NCBI GenBank assembly: GCA_964016885.1
Contig: OZ024746.1
Span: forward strand, 35,836,001-35,900,000
Direction of reading: 5' to 3'
Source of the DNA: Eledone cirrhosa
Taxonomy: Eukaryota
DNA length: 64,000 nt
Shown here: piece by piece, positions 38,200 to 52,999 of the stretch
Layout: each line of letters opens with the position of its first letter
Numbering within the stretch: position 1 is the first letter of the stretch
The notes under the pieces: generated by a model
The model's input: the letters and a program-made list of their open reading frames with translations, nothing else
Told to the model about the DNA's origin: nothing
Database searches by the model: none
Translations under genes and position numbers: made by a program

Positions 38200-38720
38200 T
38201 GTTTCAAATCAGTTGCTCGATGGCGTGCGTATACGACCGATAATTGATTTTGAGCAAAACGTATATATGGTGGTTCATATTTATGTCCCGTGACCTTAAA
38301 ATTAAAACACACATTCTTGAGATTTATGGGGCTCGTGTGATACTGCAGCCATAGATATGCAATTATGTATTACCGTTGCTCAATTTTCTTCACAGTGAGA
38401 CATCTCTCATCATAAATCAATGAAAAACAAATAATAACCGTATATTCTATGCTAACAGATGAAAACATGTATGATACATTCGTTCGTATATGTTATATTA
38501 TAGAATACGGGCAGATTTGGCGGCATCATGGGCTGGAGATATAATGCCCAATACACATTATATTTTTTAGTGCGTTAATATTGTTATATATCATTTTAGA
38601 CTTATTGCTGACGTCGTTGCTTTTAACGTGCATTTCATCGTCCAATGGTTTACTCTCAATCCAAATTTGTTCACATTTTGCACACGCACATTTTCAAGAC
38701 GGCAGTATAATTATGTGGGA
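38200..38720 (-). pseudogene. Possible decayed Helitron PIF1 helicase C-terminus
   Basis: INLKNVCFNFKVTG..FAQNQLSVVYAR resembles helicase motifs V-VI (INKSQGQT..FSHGQLYVA.SR). Confidence 0.4.
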
Positions 38721-40194
38721 AAGATAAAGCTGTTTTGCCAGTACTATATGTGACAATGTGGACTTCCTATGGGTTGCTCGTACGAATTTCCATACTATTA
38801 GGTTATGTACTGTAACATTTTCTGTCATGTTTTACTTGTGCATATAATAGTAGTCTTTTTTCTTTTTAAATACAAGAAAATTCAAGAAATTATAAACATA
38901 ACTGTTTGCACAATATTAATGTTTGGTCAAGTAGTTTCAGGTTTCACCCGCTGAGAATCTCCTTTACATATCGCTTCACACTCGGCAACTGGTATCATTC
39001 AGATGTATGTCACTTCTGTTAATTTATTTCTATCTTTTTTTAAAATGAGTATCTCTGCATTTCTATGGAATCATTTAAAACGTTACATTAATGGAAAGGA
39101 ATAAACATTAAATAACAAAAAAACAAAATAAATCACAATAATAATAAAAATAATAATAACAATAATAATAATAATAATAATAATGGTTTCATTTATTTAT
39201 TGACCATAATAGAACAATATATAAAAAATAATACAACGTTACATTTAATCAAACGTATAATGAAACATTTAAGAAAAAGGCACTTAAGGGAAAAACAGTA
39301 GTAATGGAAAGTGGAAAAGTAGTGAGCAAATGCGAAATGTCAGAGCTAATATCACCAGTAACATTGCCTTCGTTATCATCATCATCACCAGTAGCTTAAA
39401 AATCATCATCCTTATCATCATTAGATATCAGTACATATTCTTACGAAATATTAACTTTACTATATTCAGATTCAAACATTCACTCTCACAACTACCATTA
39501 CCTCCATTATCTGATTCAGAACTAATAACACTTCCAACATTCGGAATCACCATTAGGCCAACCACCATCACTATTTCGAGCACTACTATTATACATATTT
39601 TACATAGTAACACTAATATGACAATAATCTGAACACTATGACAACCATAACTATTCCAGGCCTCACTTCTGCATCAATAAAAATTTCAATAAATCGAGGA
39701 AATTTCATGCTGAATTTCGTTTCCCTTGAAATAATCAATTCACCATTTTTCCAACTAAAAATTGCATACTACCATTTTAAATAGTATAATTTAGACAAAG
39801 TTGCAGTATTTCTGAAATCAAAATCGTTGATCACACCACAGCATCAGTATCCACAGTATGAGCTGGAGAGTATGTGAAAACTCCATAGCTCAACGTTTAA
39901 ATATCTTATGTGAGAAAGGTCATGTTGGGAAATGTAGTACTTAACGAAAACACGAAGGGAATATCTTGTGGCAAAATATGCGTACGCAATCACAGGAGCC
40001 GTGATCCTTGAATCGCAAACAATAGCATTAAAACCGTTATATTCTAAACTTTGAGTATTATATCTAAAAAAAAAAATGATACATAAAAACAGCAAAATTA
40101 TTGAAAACCATTAACATCATTCAAAACTACACAACAAGAACAATATGATAAACAAGCATTAGAAATTATATAAAGTGCCATAACAAAAGAAGGT

Positions 40195-40620
40195 ATACTC
40201 TGGGTGGCTCGTGTGTGACGGTGGCCTGGATGTCAGGAAAATCACGTAAACAATGGCAATAGAGTGTGATAATCCCAATTTTCAAAAAGAGTGACAAGAA
40301 ATATTTTTCCATGTACAGAGGGATCACCCTTTTAAGCCTCCCCTGGAAAAACTATGCTAAATGTTTGGTAAATAGATTCAGAGAGATTGTTGATTTGAAG
40401 CTAGGCGATGAACAGTGCGGCAGGTCTTCGAATAATTGTGGTAGGTATATTCTTATTATGTAAACCCGGGATAGGCATATGACTGCATTTCTTGGGACTG
40501 CCTGTTGAAGGTTGTGCAGGAGTATGGAATCAATGGTCATCTTCTTTCTACCCTGAAGTTTCTATACGATTGCTCGAGTACTCATGTTCGGACGAATTGT
40601 GGTAAAACGAAACCATTCAA
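40195..40620 (+). pseudogene. RTE-clade reverse transcriptase fragment
   Basis: IIPIFKKSDKK..YRGITLLSLPWKNYAKCL..R..EIVD.KL.DEQCG. Confidence 0.8.
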
Positions 40621-40952
40621 TGTAGAATTCCTTAGAGTTCGATGTGATATACAAAACAATCTTACTCTCTGGCGTCTTTGATTAAGTAAGCTAGCTTGAA
40701 AACCCTTAAACCCATGGTAATGACCATGGAAATTGACGAATAATTGTATCGGCAAAACCATTTTTCCAGTCGAGTTTCCTTATGACGTTTAATTTTAGTG
40801 TGTATGATGAGGAGAAACATTATTGAATACGTAAGGCTGTTTCTGTGTGTTGATCGATAAGAAATGGAAGATTTTCTTTATCATTAGATATCCCAAACCC
40901 CAGATTTGTTGTTAGTGTAATATAACGAATATTGTTTGACTATTGTTTAACA

Positions 40953-41019
<67 letters not shown>

Positions 41020-41024
<5 letters not shown>

Positions 41025-41810
41025 AAATCTGGAGAGGAAGCACACGTGTTAGGATATATATATATATATAAAACAAGGATAAAAACATGATTATTTGGAA
41101 GAAAAATATTTTTTTTCCCTTTTTATTTATTTTTCTCTTTTTTCTGGGTTAGAAAATAATTAAAACGAAATACTTTACTTTGTGTGAAGTGTTGAGGTTG
41201 ATTCATTTATTAATTAACAATGGCATTTATTTATTTACTTATACATTTACTAATTGTCTATTACCGGTTTCAGCATTTTTATGCATTATCAAATGATAAT
41301 AATATGTATTTGTGTAGAATGGTGGTCTTGGACATGTTAAAGAAATGGTGCAGAAAGAATAATGTTATTTACAAACAAGGTTTATGAAGTGAAAAGCAAA
41401 AGAAAAAAAGAACAAAGGGGCGTAATGTGGAGCATAATAAGTCAATGTGAAAGAAAAAATAATGTTATTTACAGGCATAGTTCTTGAAGATAAGCAGATA
41501 AATATGTGTTAATATAGAAAGAATGCTTAGTTGATCCATGATGGAGGCTAAACTTCGGACTAAACTTAAACTGGAACGAACAATCAAACATTTACAAATA
41601 CCTTATGTCTCTCTAAAGATTTACCTCCCTCACAACCTACCTAATCCTTTTTCTTAAATAAATTAAATATCACACAACATAAATTACCTCCCCCTGCATA
41701 TTAACTCTCTAAAAAGGGAAATCATATCAAACCCCAGTCCACCATTTGCCTCCATCATGGATCAACTAAGTACTTTTTATTCCTAATAATCGTCTTTTTC
41801 TCCCCGTTTG
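41020..41810 (-). mobile_element. Decayed PLE-like remnant with a U3-A8 hammerhead (41253-41300) and an inverted segment
   Basis: Reverse complement ATTATCAT-TTGATAA-T-GCAT-AAAA-ATGC-T-GAAA-CCGG-TA-ATAGACAAT. A 23-bp inverted repeat at about 41526-41548 / 41749-41771. Confidence 0.6.
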
Positions 41811-41821
41811 TATATATATAC

Positions 41822-41865
<44 letters not shown>

Positions 41866-42368
41866 TTTCATAGGGCGTTTAATATATGAAATTCCTATTT
41901 TTTATGGATTTTTTTTTAAAACATTAATTTGTCTACCCAACAAACATTGAATGAATTTTCTTCGAATCAAATGTTCAAATCTTTAAGGAATTTAAAGTGT
42001 ACCATGCATGATGATTATCTATTGTCAAATACACCGTAGTATAAACTTTAAATTTACCAAACAATGTATTTGTAATTATTCATTGTGAAAATAACCAACA
42101 AAACATCTATTATATTCTCATTGACATGAGTGCATTGCAATTTTGGAATACATTCCATATAAACATTTCACTTCGGCATTTACTTAGATAATGAGATAGG
42201 GATATGTTCATCATTTAAATGGTTAGAGTATTAATGTCTTTCTGATTTGACACTTTTAAGGTACTGATCTCATCGAATATCAATTTATTAGAAATTTGTC
42301 AATGAATAAGTACACTCATTCATCATTACATGTAAGCATAGCGTGTGATTGCAGGTATGATGTGAGTA

Positions 42369-42369
<1 letters not shown>

Positions 42370-42416
<47 letters not shown>

Positions 42417-42444
42417 TATTTATATAATTATTATGTTTTGTATT

Positions 42445-42507
<63 letters not shown>

Positions 42508-42654
42508 TTTCTGATGTTGTTGACGTCGCAGCGGCTTGTGTAGTAGTTGTTGTTATCAATCTTTTAAGAATACTTATTTAGATCTGTTGAATCTGTCCTG
42601 AGATTTCTGAAAATATTTATATACATAAATAAAGAATGTGTCTTGCTTTCTCTC

Positions 42655-42750
<96 letters not shown>

Positions 42751-42778
42751 TCTCTCTATATATATATATATTCCTATC

Positions 42779-42835
<57 letters not shown>

Positions 42836-42892
42836 CTATCTCCCTCACTCTCTCCCTCTCTCTCTCTCTTTATATACATACTCACGCATACA

Positions 42893-42932
<40 letters not shown>

Positions 42933-42935
42933 GGG
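42370..42935. repeat. Compound microsatellites (TA)n, (AGT)n, (TC)n, (CA)n
   Basis: Direct reading. Confidence 0.95.
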
Positions 42936-45900
42936 GGGGGGGCATTAAATGTGGACTATTACTGCTCCCTAAGGACTTGGTTTGAGTTATATGACAGGAA
43001 GATTTGATTGCTATTTGCTTACAAATCTATTTTCCTCAACCTCCTTAATTTTCTTCGATGGCGTCATGCTACGTATACACCCTCCTCAATTTCTAAACAA
43101 CGGATCGTAGCTAAATCTAAAATAGTTGCAGAGAATGAGAAAGAAATAACATTTTAGGAGGAAAATGGACCATAAACATCGAACTAAAACATCGAACTCT
43201 GAGAATTACATCACTCGCTTTCACATTCAGGCATAATCAAACATAATTATTTCCAACCCAGAACATGTTTATTCGTTTGCAATTATTTTTCCTCGAAACA
43301 TATATAGCACGTCAGCATTACATAAAGAAGAGTACCGGATTTCTAAATGTATGAATCACCCAGGTAGTAGAAATAAAGAAATTGCCAAACATATACTTTG
43401 AAAAAGACAGGAGATACTCCCCCAAAATACAAAATTCATTCATCTACAGTGAAATTACAAAATACGTGTGGTCTCTGACGGAAAGTCCTTGTCTAATAAC
43501 TAGTGTATCTCACTTTAAAAAGTATCCCATTTCGTGTGATAAATATCATTCATGGATGCGGAAAAACTCGTTTAATGTTGAGGAAATTTCATCTCCGTCT
43601 TCATTTCAGTTCACAGAATAATTATTGACGGATATCTAATACACCAGAACATTAAAGCAACAATACGCTAGAGAAACGGCATTTGATTACTAAAAAATAA
43701 TATTCTTTAGTGATTAAGTGATATAATAATGTTTACAAAAGATTTACATGTCAGTAAAGCGCGGAATATAGGATCTTACAATTCCAACTTGACACTAGAG
43801 TCTTTAAAGGAAAGATGTGTAATTTTAGGCATCGTACCAATGCTGGAGAAGGAGGGAAGGTTGTGTTCCTCAATAGCAAATTTTGTGTGCCCTGATTTTT
43901 GCTTGTTCCGTCTTTCCAAATATGTCTTGATGGTGTTCCCTTTTTAGGAATAACATTACTTTCATATTGTGTTATATTCTATATATTTTAAATAGTATAT
44001 GTAATTATTTGAATGTTGGATCTATTTGCATTAACTAATTTTCACATTTTATCTAACAGTGATTTTCTACACTCTTGAATTATTTCCACCAATACGATCC
44101 TTTGTTTTCATCGTTTGATGTATATGCGCTATTTTTATTGTTATTTAGGGGTAAATATAATAATTACTATTTGAAGATTAATACTTTCAAAAAATGTTAA
44201 TTCATTTTTTGGGTGTAAACATTCACTTAAATGGCTGAAAAAATTATGATATCGCATTACAATATTTCCCAAATGTAATAAAGTGATTGGCATAAAGGAG
44301 TTCTTTCTGAACAGGGGTGAATACTGCTATATATTAAATCATTCCTTTTAAGGCCGATAAAAATCTAATACTGGATCGATTATTCCTCATTTCCTTTGTC
44401 TCACTCACCTCTCTAGAAGAAATATGATATATTCAGACCTGGAGAGGAGATGGTCTCCGCTATGCATAACAAATGGCTAATACATTGCCACAAGAATGTC
44501 CGCGTAAATAGCCCAGGTATGGCAATGACACACCTCTTTCATGTGATAGACGAATTTATCGGCAGATATTATCTAAATATTAAAATGTGTGGCAGTAACC
44601 AATTAAATTTGTATGATTAAATATTTCGATGTGTTAGATTATGGTTGATTGTTGTCAAAGCCGTTAGCCATATACAAACATTTGAATAGTCATCAACATG
44701 GTATTCAGACATGTCATTAATCGTGCTTCATTATTTAACAGCTCGTACTCCACTTCAGAATTCCCGTTGAGGGAAACGTTCAGCAAAAATGTTTAATCCC
44801 ATTCTTTGTTTATATATGCATATCTGTTGTTCGTATCTAGGGTTCTTTACCTGATTATTATAAACCATCTAAAACAACTTATTGTGTTTGCAGCTATTTT
44901 CTGCGTCTGTGTTTCCTACATCTTCTTATAGATTTATTTCCTCAGCATTTACTAATTTTGATAATTCAAGCTTCGCATACGACGTTTGTTTCGAGTTCCA
45001 AAATATGTATGACTCAGCTACTGATTTAGAATGTAATATGTTGTGATGAAAGTAACAGCAGTTATTTTCAGCGCCTGAGCTTTCTACATCTTATACATTT
45101 ATTTCCTCGGTGCTCAGTAATTTCGAAAATCTGTGCTACTATTTATAACGCTCACAAAATGAGGTAAAGGTTCAGTGTGTACCACATTTGCTAGAAAAAG
45201 TAGCCAGCACCCGTCTAATATAATCTACCATAAGGGAGTTAAGAAATTAGTATTAAGATACGCACACAGATATATATAAGTATAAATATATCTGTGCGTG
45301 TTGTGCCGCCTTCAACAGTTTTGCTCAATGAACAAAATAATTGAAATAATCAAAAGAATTGAAATAATCAAACGAATTGAAACAATTATTTAATCAGAGT
45401 TATCTGTCAATTTATAAATGTGAGGAAAGAATAGACAAAAATATACCAATTCTTTCTCCAAGCACCCGACTGCAGTTTCACCAAAAGTGCTCCAGGGCTG
45501 TAAGGCTTGCAGCATTCAAGGGGCCTCTCAATTGAATGGACTATTTCTTGAACTGACCGTAACAACTAAATCATTCTCTGAAGGGAGAAATTATCTTCTA
45601 GTGTAGCGGTCAGAGAAGGGTGATTGTGTCCCGAATCCCTTATGGCGGTGCTGTTTGCTGTATCTAGCAAATTTTGTATTCTCCGAACGGCCAGCATATA
45701 TTTCTCAAATTACATTTTGTTTTTGTCTTTTTAATATTTCAACATAAGCCAAGATAAAGAATTCAGTCCCATATCCTTTTCCAACGTGCTTAAATGTGGT
45801 TTCATTAACAGTTGTTTGTTTTGCGATTATTTCATATATTGTCAATTCATATACTTCATATATTGTCAGTGTCGATACAACGCCGGCATATAGTTACGGC

Positions 45901-47111
45901 CCTTTCGTTCTACGGGAACGATAAAATAATGTACCTGTAGTGCACTAAAGTGATTTTAATCAAATTTGCTCTTCTCCAAAATGGTTGGCATTGTGCCTGA
46001 ATTAGAAAAAATCATACAGTCTGAAGGAATTATCTCTTAATGATAAATAAAATGTAACAATCACTCGTCAGTTTTGTTTTCTAATTTTTCCTTTTATAAT
46101 ATGTAGTTCTTTTTATCTTAGTAGTACATATATAAATGTCATAACCAAAAAATAAAATTGTTTTCAAAATATTTTAGCATATTCGTAACTCATCTTCCTC
46201 ATTCTTTCACTTTCTCTCTTTCTCTCCCACTTACACTAATTATTCCTGAAAGTTACATATATTGTTAATATCGGCTTTCTGTTTCCAATATTTCTTTTGT
46301 CTGCATGTCACATATGTACAATTTCTTTCCCAAATTCAGTTACTTTTTCGAACTACTCTCAGCTTTCTTTCTTTAAACATTTTCTGTTTGACACGCTCTT
46401 CCAATTTAAATGTTTTCAACATCACAGAGTTACAACCTGCAAACAAATACTTCCAACAGTTTCGTTTCTTTCATTTCTTTATTTCAACTTCATATATTTG
46501 TAAAACAGCATGCTCCAGCAGGTGAAACAGACAAACAAACAAACATGCACACACACACTCAAGAGTCCATTACTGAAATCACATCTCTTCCAAGATTCGC
46601 CTACAGTATTTCGCTTTGCAAAAAAATACCGCTTTACTATATATCGAACATGTTTGGTTCTGCGCTGCTTGATACAATATCTCTCAAGGGAAAATATATA
46701 CTGTTTTTATATTCGCGTTCTTTCCCCATATTCCCTTCTTTACAAAATACGAAACTATAAAATGAATATATTGCTTATATGGTCCCAGAATGAATATTCC
46801 ACACAACATAAATATACTTTCAATATTCTATAGTCAATTTCATTTTCTGATTTACACATGTTAACTATAGAATTCAATTCTGTATTTCTATTTTAAAATA
46901 TTAATAAAAGGAATATGAGTAAAAGAAAGATGTATTCAAGCAAACAGTGGCTCTGATAAAGAGTTTAACTAAATCACCCTCAGATTATACGAAACCCTCT
47001 TAAAACCGAAGACATGGCAGCAGGCGTACGGTGGGAACGGCTGGAACATATCAGCGCACGTCTAGTCTTAGTCTAAAATAAAACAGCTATGTAAGGTATT
47101 TAGCAAGTCAT

Positions 47112-47278
47112 GTGGATTGGCAGTATCGGTAGGGGGTCGGACGACATGCTTTGACGCATTCTGAGTTCAAATCCTGCCGAGGTTAACTTTGCCTTTCATC
47201 CTTATGGGGTCGATAAAATAAATTACCAGTAATACACTGGGTAATTGCTGGTCTTGTGCCAAAAGTCGAAACCATTAT
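47112..47278 (+). mobile_element. tRNA-derived SINE
   Basis: Matches the SINE consensus with a short deletion. Confidence 0.88.
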
Positions 47279-48169
47279 CTCTCATAACTGGTAACCTTTT
47301 AGAAATATCATAGAGATCTTCTTCAAGTTATATATTGGTGTTTTAAATCAAGAAATGCAAGAACACATTTTTGCGTAACCCCCAAAGCGCAAAATGTTAA
47401 CGTCTAGAAGTCAGTCACGATATAAACAACAATTACAGGACGAAAAATATATATATATATATAAATGATGACATCATAAATGTTTGTTTTTGGATTTCGT
47501 TGATCGAGATCAGCGTGATATTAAATAACAGTGGCATTGATTAGAAGAATAGCTTCTATGTATTTGCTAGGCTTACAAGAAATTGCAGAAAAAATATAAT
47601 TCCAATCACACATCACTCTCTTATCAAATGAAGTAATCATTGGATAATTTGGCAAATATTATTAGTAAACATATTCAAAACTAGAATATATTTGGCCGTA
47701 ATACATCAGAATAATGACTGACCAGTGGTTATGCAGCTTCTATAATGCGTACAGGAATAGATGGTTAATTGTGTACAGTGTTGAGTAATGTGACGAATTA
47801 GGCAGGGAATTCTCACTCACCCGTTAATATGGCAAATTGCTCACACTTACTGATGTAATATTTGGGATTTCATACAATAAAATGTCAGACTGTAAATAGT
47901 GACAATTGTGTCGCATTTGACAATTGTGTCTGACAAGTAATTTGAAAAGCAACGGTTTCACATCATCTCAAACAAAATAATGACTTTGTATTTTCCTTCT
48001 TGATTCACACTGTTGTGTTTTCTTATTCCATGGCATCTGGAAGAGTGTAGATGCGTAGGTTTATGAAGCTAGCGATCATGCAGAAATACGTCTACAACTA
48101 ACGGCAGATAATCTCAGCCTACACAGAATGAATTGGAATTCATTTCACTTATCTTTCGTCTTACAGCTC

Positions 48170-48233
<64 letters not shown>

Positions 48234-48323
48234 CGATATGTTGAAAGGGTAACACACCACCAGAGAGAGCGATAGTGTGCCATCAATAAAACAGGGAAAA
48301 CCACATATATATATATGTGCGTG

Positions 48324-48396
<73 letters not shown>

Positions 48397-49412
48397 TTAT
48401 ATAAAAATACCGCGTTAAGTTATATTTGAAGACAGTACATTCTTTGAATCTTCGGAATATTTTTCAATATAACTTGTAATGCTTGCGAGTGTGTTTGTGT
48501 GTGTGTGGGGGGGGGCGTGGATATGTTGTGTGTATGTTTGTTCGTGTGTGCTCGAGTAGGTATGTACATATTTTTGCTTCCTTCTATTTAATTCTATATC
48601 ATTTCTCCTTGCATCTTTCATTACCCCACCTTCCCACATTCCACTGTTGCTTATTCCTATTTTCCTACCATTTCTTTCATAAAATATCTTCTCCTTTATA
48701 CTTCAGTACTCGATGAATGGCACAAGTCAAATTATTAGATTTTTTTTCCTTTCATGTTTGATCAATACACATTCTTTCTTCTTGTTGTCAATAATGAAAT
48801 AGATATGTAAAGGGTCTTTGCATTTCATAATGTACCAATATAGAACTTATAGTTATTACATTTTTGGTATTCATCTAGAAAACTTATATTCGTCCAGGAC
48901 CTCCAATTTGAAATTTGTATAATATAATATGTTGCCAATTTATCATAATCCTCGAATGATATTAAGAGGCATTGCTCTCTCTCTACGCGGTAGCTATTTT
49001 AAAGATGGCTGCTGTGATGATCAATGTGAGCTGCAGACATTAACTTCCTGCTTCCAATATATTAGCCCGTAGCTATAATGTATTGCTGGGATAACTAGTG
49101 TATTGATACCTATCATATTATTTCCGGCACGAAAATCAGTTTTATATATTAGTATAACTCCTTCCTGTATTTGCTATTTTACTAATATTTGTCTTCATAT
49201 GCGTATGTTACAATTGAAGTTCTTCATAGTGAATTCGCGTTCTTCTTCCTATTCTTTCATTTTCCGAATTATATAGAGTTGAATACTTCATTTAAATCTC
49301 TTCTGGGTCATATAATTGTAGAACATATTGTGTTAGAGTTGAAATATTTACTTAGGTCGTTAAGTTCGAATTTCGAATCCCACAAAGGACCAACATGTTC
49401 GTTCACATTATT

Positions 49413-50348
49413 GGTGGATTGGCAATATCGGTAGAAGGTTGGACGCCATGCTTTGCAGCATAGAGCTATGTCCCTTTACTATCTGAGTTCAAATCCCGCC
49501 CAGGGTACTTTGCCTTTCATCCTTACGGCATCGATAAAATAATGTACCAGTCGCGCACTGAGATCGACTTTCCCTTCCCCCCAAATCGCTGGCCTTGTGC
49601 CTAAAGTAGAAATAATTACTATTATGTGATGGATTGGCAGTATCGGTAGAGGGTCGGACGCCATGTTTTGACGCATAGAGGTGCGGCCCTTGCCATTATG
49701 ATTTCAAATCCCGCCGAGGTTAACTTTGTGTTCATCCTTACGGGGTCGATAAAATAAAGTACCAGTAATGCACTGTGTAATTGCTGGCCCTGTGCCAACA
49801 GTAGAAACAATTATTATTATTATAATTGTGGATTGGCAGTATCGGTAGAGGAGCGGACACCTTGCTTTGACGCATAGAGTTACGGCCCTTGCTATTCTGA
49901 GTTCAAATCCCGCCGAGGTTAACTTTGCCTTTCATCCTTACGGGGTCGATAAAATAAAGTACCAGTAATGTACTGGAATAATTGCTGGCCTTGTGCCAAA
50001 AGTAGAAACAATTATTATTATTATTATTAGGGCGGTGGATTGGCAGTATTGGTAGAGGGTCGGACGCCATACTTTCCAGCATAGTTACGTCCCTTTACGA
50101 TCTGAGTTCAAATCCCGCCTAGGTTGACTTTGCCTTTCATCCTTACGGGGTCGATCAAATAAAGTACCAGTAATGCACTGGTTAATTGCTGGCTTTGTGC
50201 CTAAAGTAGAAACAATTATTATGATTTAAGGCAAAGTTAACCCGCCGAGGTTAACTTTGCCTTTCATCCTTACGTGGTCGATAAAATAAAGTACCAGTAA
50301 TGCACTGGTTAATTGCTGGCCCTGTGTCACAAGTAGAAACAATTATTA
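49413..50348 (+). mobile_element. Head-to-tail array of four full SINEs and one partial SINE
   Basis: Units begin near 49413, 49628, 49828, 50030 and 50228, separated by (ATT)n tails. Confidence 0.92.
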
Positions 50349-50999
50349 TATATCCTACTTTATTATGTGTTTTAGTTCAATTGTTCACTACCTGTTTGTA
50401 AGTACATCTTAATGTTACGGATTTGGGGAATTTATCTGATATAATTCTCATGTCTCTATGTATTTTCCAAATTAATGAAATGCGATCATTAGGAAGGTCA
50501 CGATACATTTATGATAGCATACTTTAGATCCGTTTGTTCTCTCTTTTGCAACGATAGGTTTATAGTGTATCCATGGCAATTACTAGATTATATATTCGTG
50601 TTGTTAACAGACACGCATACGATTGATGGAGTCATGTAATATTCTATAATATATTTCTATTATCTGATTAGAATAGATATTATATCTATTTCTTCTTTTC
50701 CTAATTATTTGATATATGTTATATCGTCTCGAATATTGTAAATATTTTGTTCACGAAAAATTATTCTAAAATGCATAGGTGTTATTAAAAAGCTATGTAT
50801 TACTTAATACGCGACAAGATAATGTTTCTTATTTTCTCCAACTATCGTTCGTAAGAAGGCAGTCTCTCACTACATTTTTTCATATGTATACATAGTTTTA
50901 ATTTGTTTTCATTGACGCTCATGATAGATAAGGCACCCTTGTTAGTATTTGAACCAAACGTCTCTGAGTATTATTATTAAAAATTCTAAGCACCAAAAT

Positions 51000-52250
51000 A
51001 TAGTATATAATTATCGAGATGTCTATGGTATAATCGATATGATTGAAGACAGAGGCAATTATGGTGATAAATGCATTAGAAGGAGAACTAGTATACTATA
51101 AATGTTGGTTAGGAATGCAATCATGACCAAAGTGCGTAGAACAAGAGTGCTCAACCTCTGATCCAATTATTTCTTTCTTTTTTTTTGATGATGTCTCATA
51201 ACTTCTTTGAACAGCTGAAATAACATTATTGTGTGCGCACAAGACGAAAACTAGAGGTTTATGCACCCTATCCTTACCAGGACATTTCCACTATGGGAAT
51301 TTGTGAATGCCTTCATATATCTGCTATTAAGATGATTTCCCATGCTTTTTATTTCGAATATTTGTAGCATTCTTCTGTATCCGTCATCCAATGAACATTT
51401 TTATTGTATTCTCATGACATCTTTGTGAAACGATTTAACATTGGATCTGAACATCTTATTTTGCTTGCAGAAATATATTCTCTTCTCATACTTTGAATAC
51501 TTTGAACATTCAATTTTTGCTTCATTGTTTTCTATGTGGATATCGTCTCTTATTTTCATGAACAAATTTTTTTCGCGTCAACCTTCTTCCTTTTGTTGAT
51601 TTATATCATTTCTAGAAATTAAGCTTTTTCAATGTGAATTTTCCACGCTTGGCTTCCTTTCTTTATCTGCAGCATGAATCTTGTTTTAATCACCCTAGCA
51701 TATGCGTAAATTATTTCATTTAACTCAGTAATATAAGGTTCGACTTCTTGTATGATTTCTTTTTTTGCATAGATAACAATTGTTATTTGTATATTGCTAT
51801 TTTGTTTTGTATTGCAGATACTTTGAAATGGTTCTCTATCATTCATACTTGTATGTCATTCAAACGTTACCTCCTTCAAAATAGTCATTTTTACTTCCAT
51901 CATAGACTATTTCTGTTCTTCATCAAATAGCTGAACTTCAAATTACGTTTCTATGCCATTTTCCTGGTTATTTCCATCAAGTTCATTAGAATTTCTTACT
52001 TCTTTGTAACTCTCCCTGGTTGGTCAGATTACAGCCTTCCAATAACGACTCGTAGCCGGCTACTCTTTTCATCTGATTCTTCATTTCCTTCCTGTTTTAT
52101 ATCTATGTCATTTCCCATAACCTGCCTGATCACAATTCATTCCGTATCTGTGAGTCTATTATTTCTGAAAATATGTCGCCTAATATTTGCTAAGCTGTGT
52201 TCGTCCAAATAAGCTCTGCTGTTTTGAAATTGTGTTTTCCATATATTGTA
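51000..52250 (-). pseudogene. Possible very old R4/Dong-like remnant
   Basis: ORF 51619-51846 (ITELNEIIYAYA..SQAWKIHIEK) resembles the N-terminal region of the element at 9567-10238. Confidence 0.35.
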
Positions 52251-52619
52251 AGAACTTGCGTTATATCTCTCTATATATGGCTTATTAATACATATTAATA
52301 AGCGAATTGAAAAGAGAAATAATCGTATATTATCAATTTATACTCTTCCAGAGTATACTTGATCATCTTAAATGTTTGTCTTCGTGGCGGCTGTCGAGGT
52401 GAGCTTCGAAGCCTTGAGTTTAGGAAGTCCCCTTTCAAGTGACAATCCAGATCCATATTCGGAAAATACTGTACCAGTGGATGATATTTAGGCATCAGCT
52501 TGACCCTTTCTGGTGGATACACTTCCGAATGAACCACAGAACAGGTGATTCGGTGTAATATTTTTTGTGACGCCTGGGTTCAGAAATCCACCTTGATTTG
52601 CGGGTAATTCTTTTAATTA

Positions 52620-52835
52620 TTGTCACTACCGGTAAAGCATCGGAAACCATGCTTTGTAGCATAGCTACGGCCTTATATGTCCTCGTTGAAATTCCGTCGT
52701 GGTTAACCTTGCCTTTCATCCTTACGGTGTCGATAAAATAAAGTACCGGTAACGTACAGAGGTCGAGTAAATCGACTTTCCCCTGCTCCATACTTGCTGG
52801 CCTTATACCTATACTAGAAATCATTATTATTATCA
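52620..52835 (+). mobile_element. Older long-form SINE
   Basis: gcctttcatccttacggtgtcgataaaataaagtacc ... atcgactttcccc ... gctggcctt ... attattat. Confidence 0.8.
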
Positions 52836-52999
52836 TACATTGCTCAACATTTCAACACTAGCTTTACATTAGAGGCTACATAAATTAAATGATATGTAGA
52901 CTAAGATTTTATTTCGTAGATTTGTAAATGGTGTTAGGCACATGTGAGTTTAACATATTAGAAAAAACGACAACTTCCAAATTACAAATATAACAGTAA

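Noticed and set aside
49413-50348. CRISPR-like or tRNA gene array
   Set aside because: Units are ~190-bp SINEs with no unique spacers, and the A and B boxes lack a complete cloverleaf.
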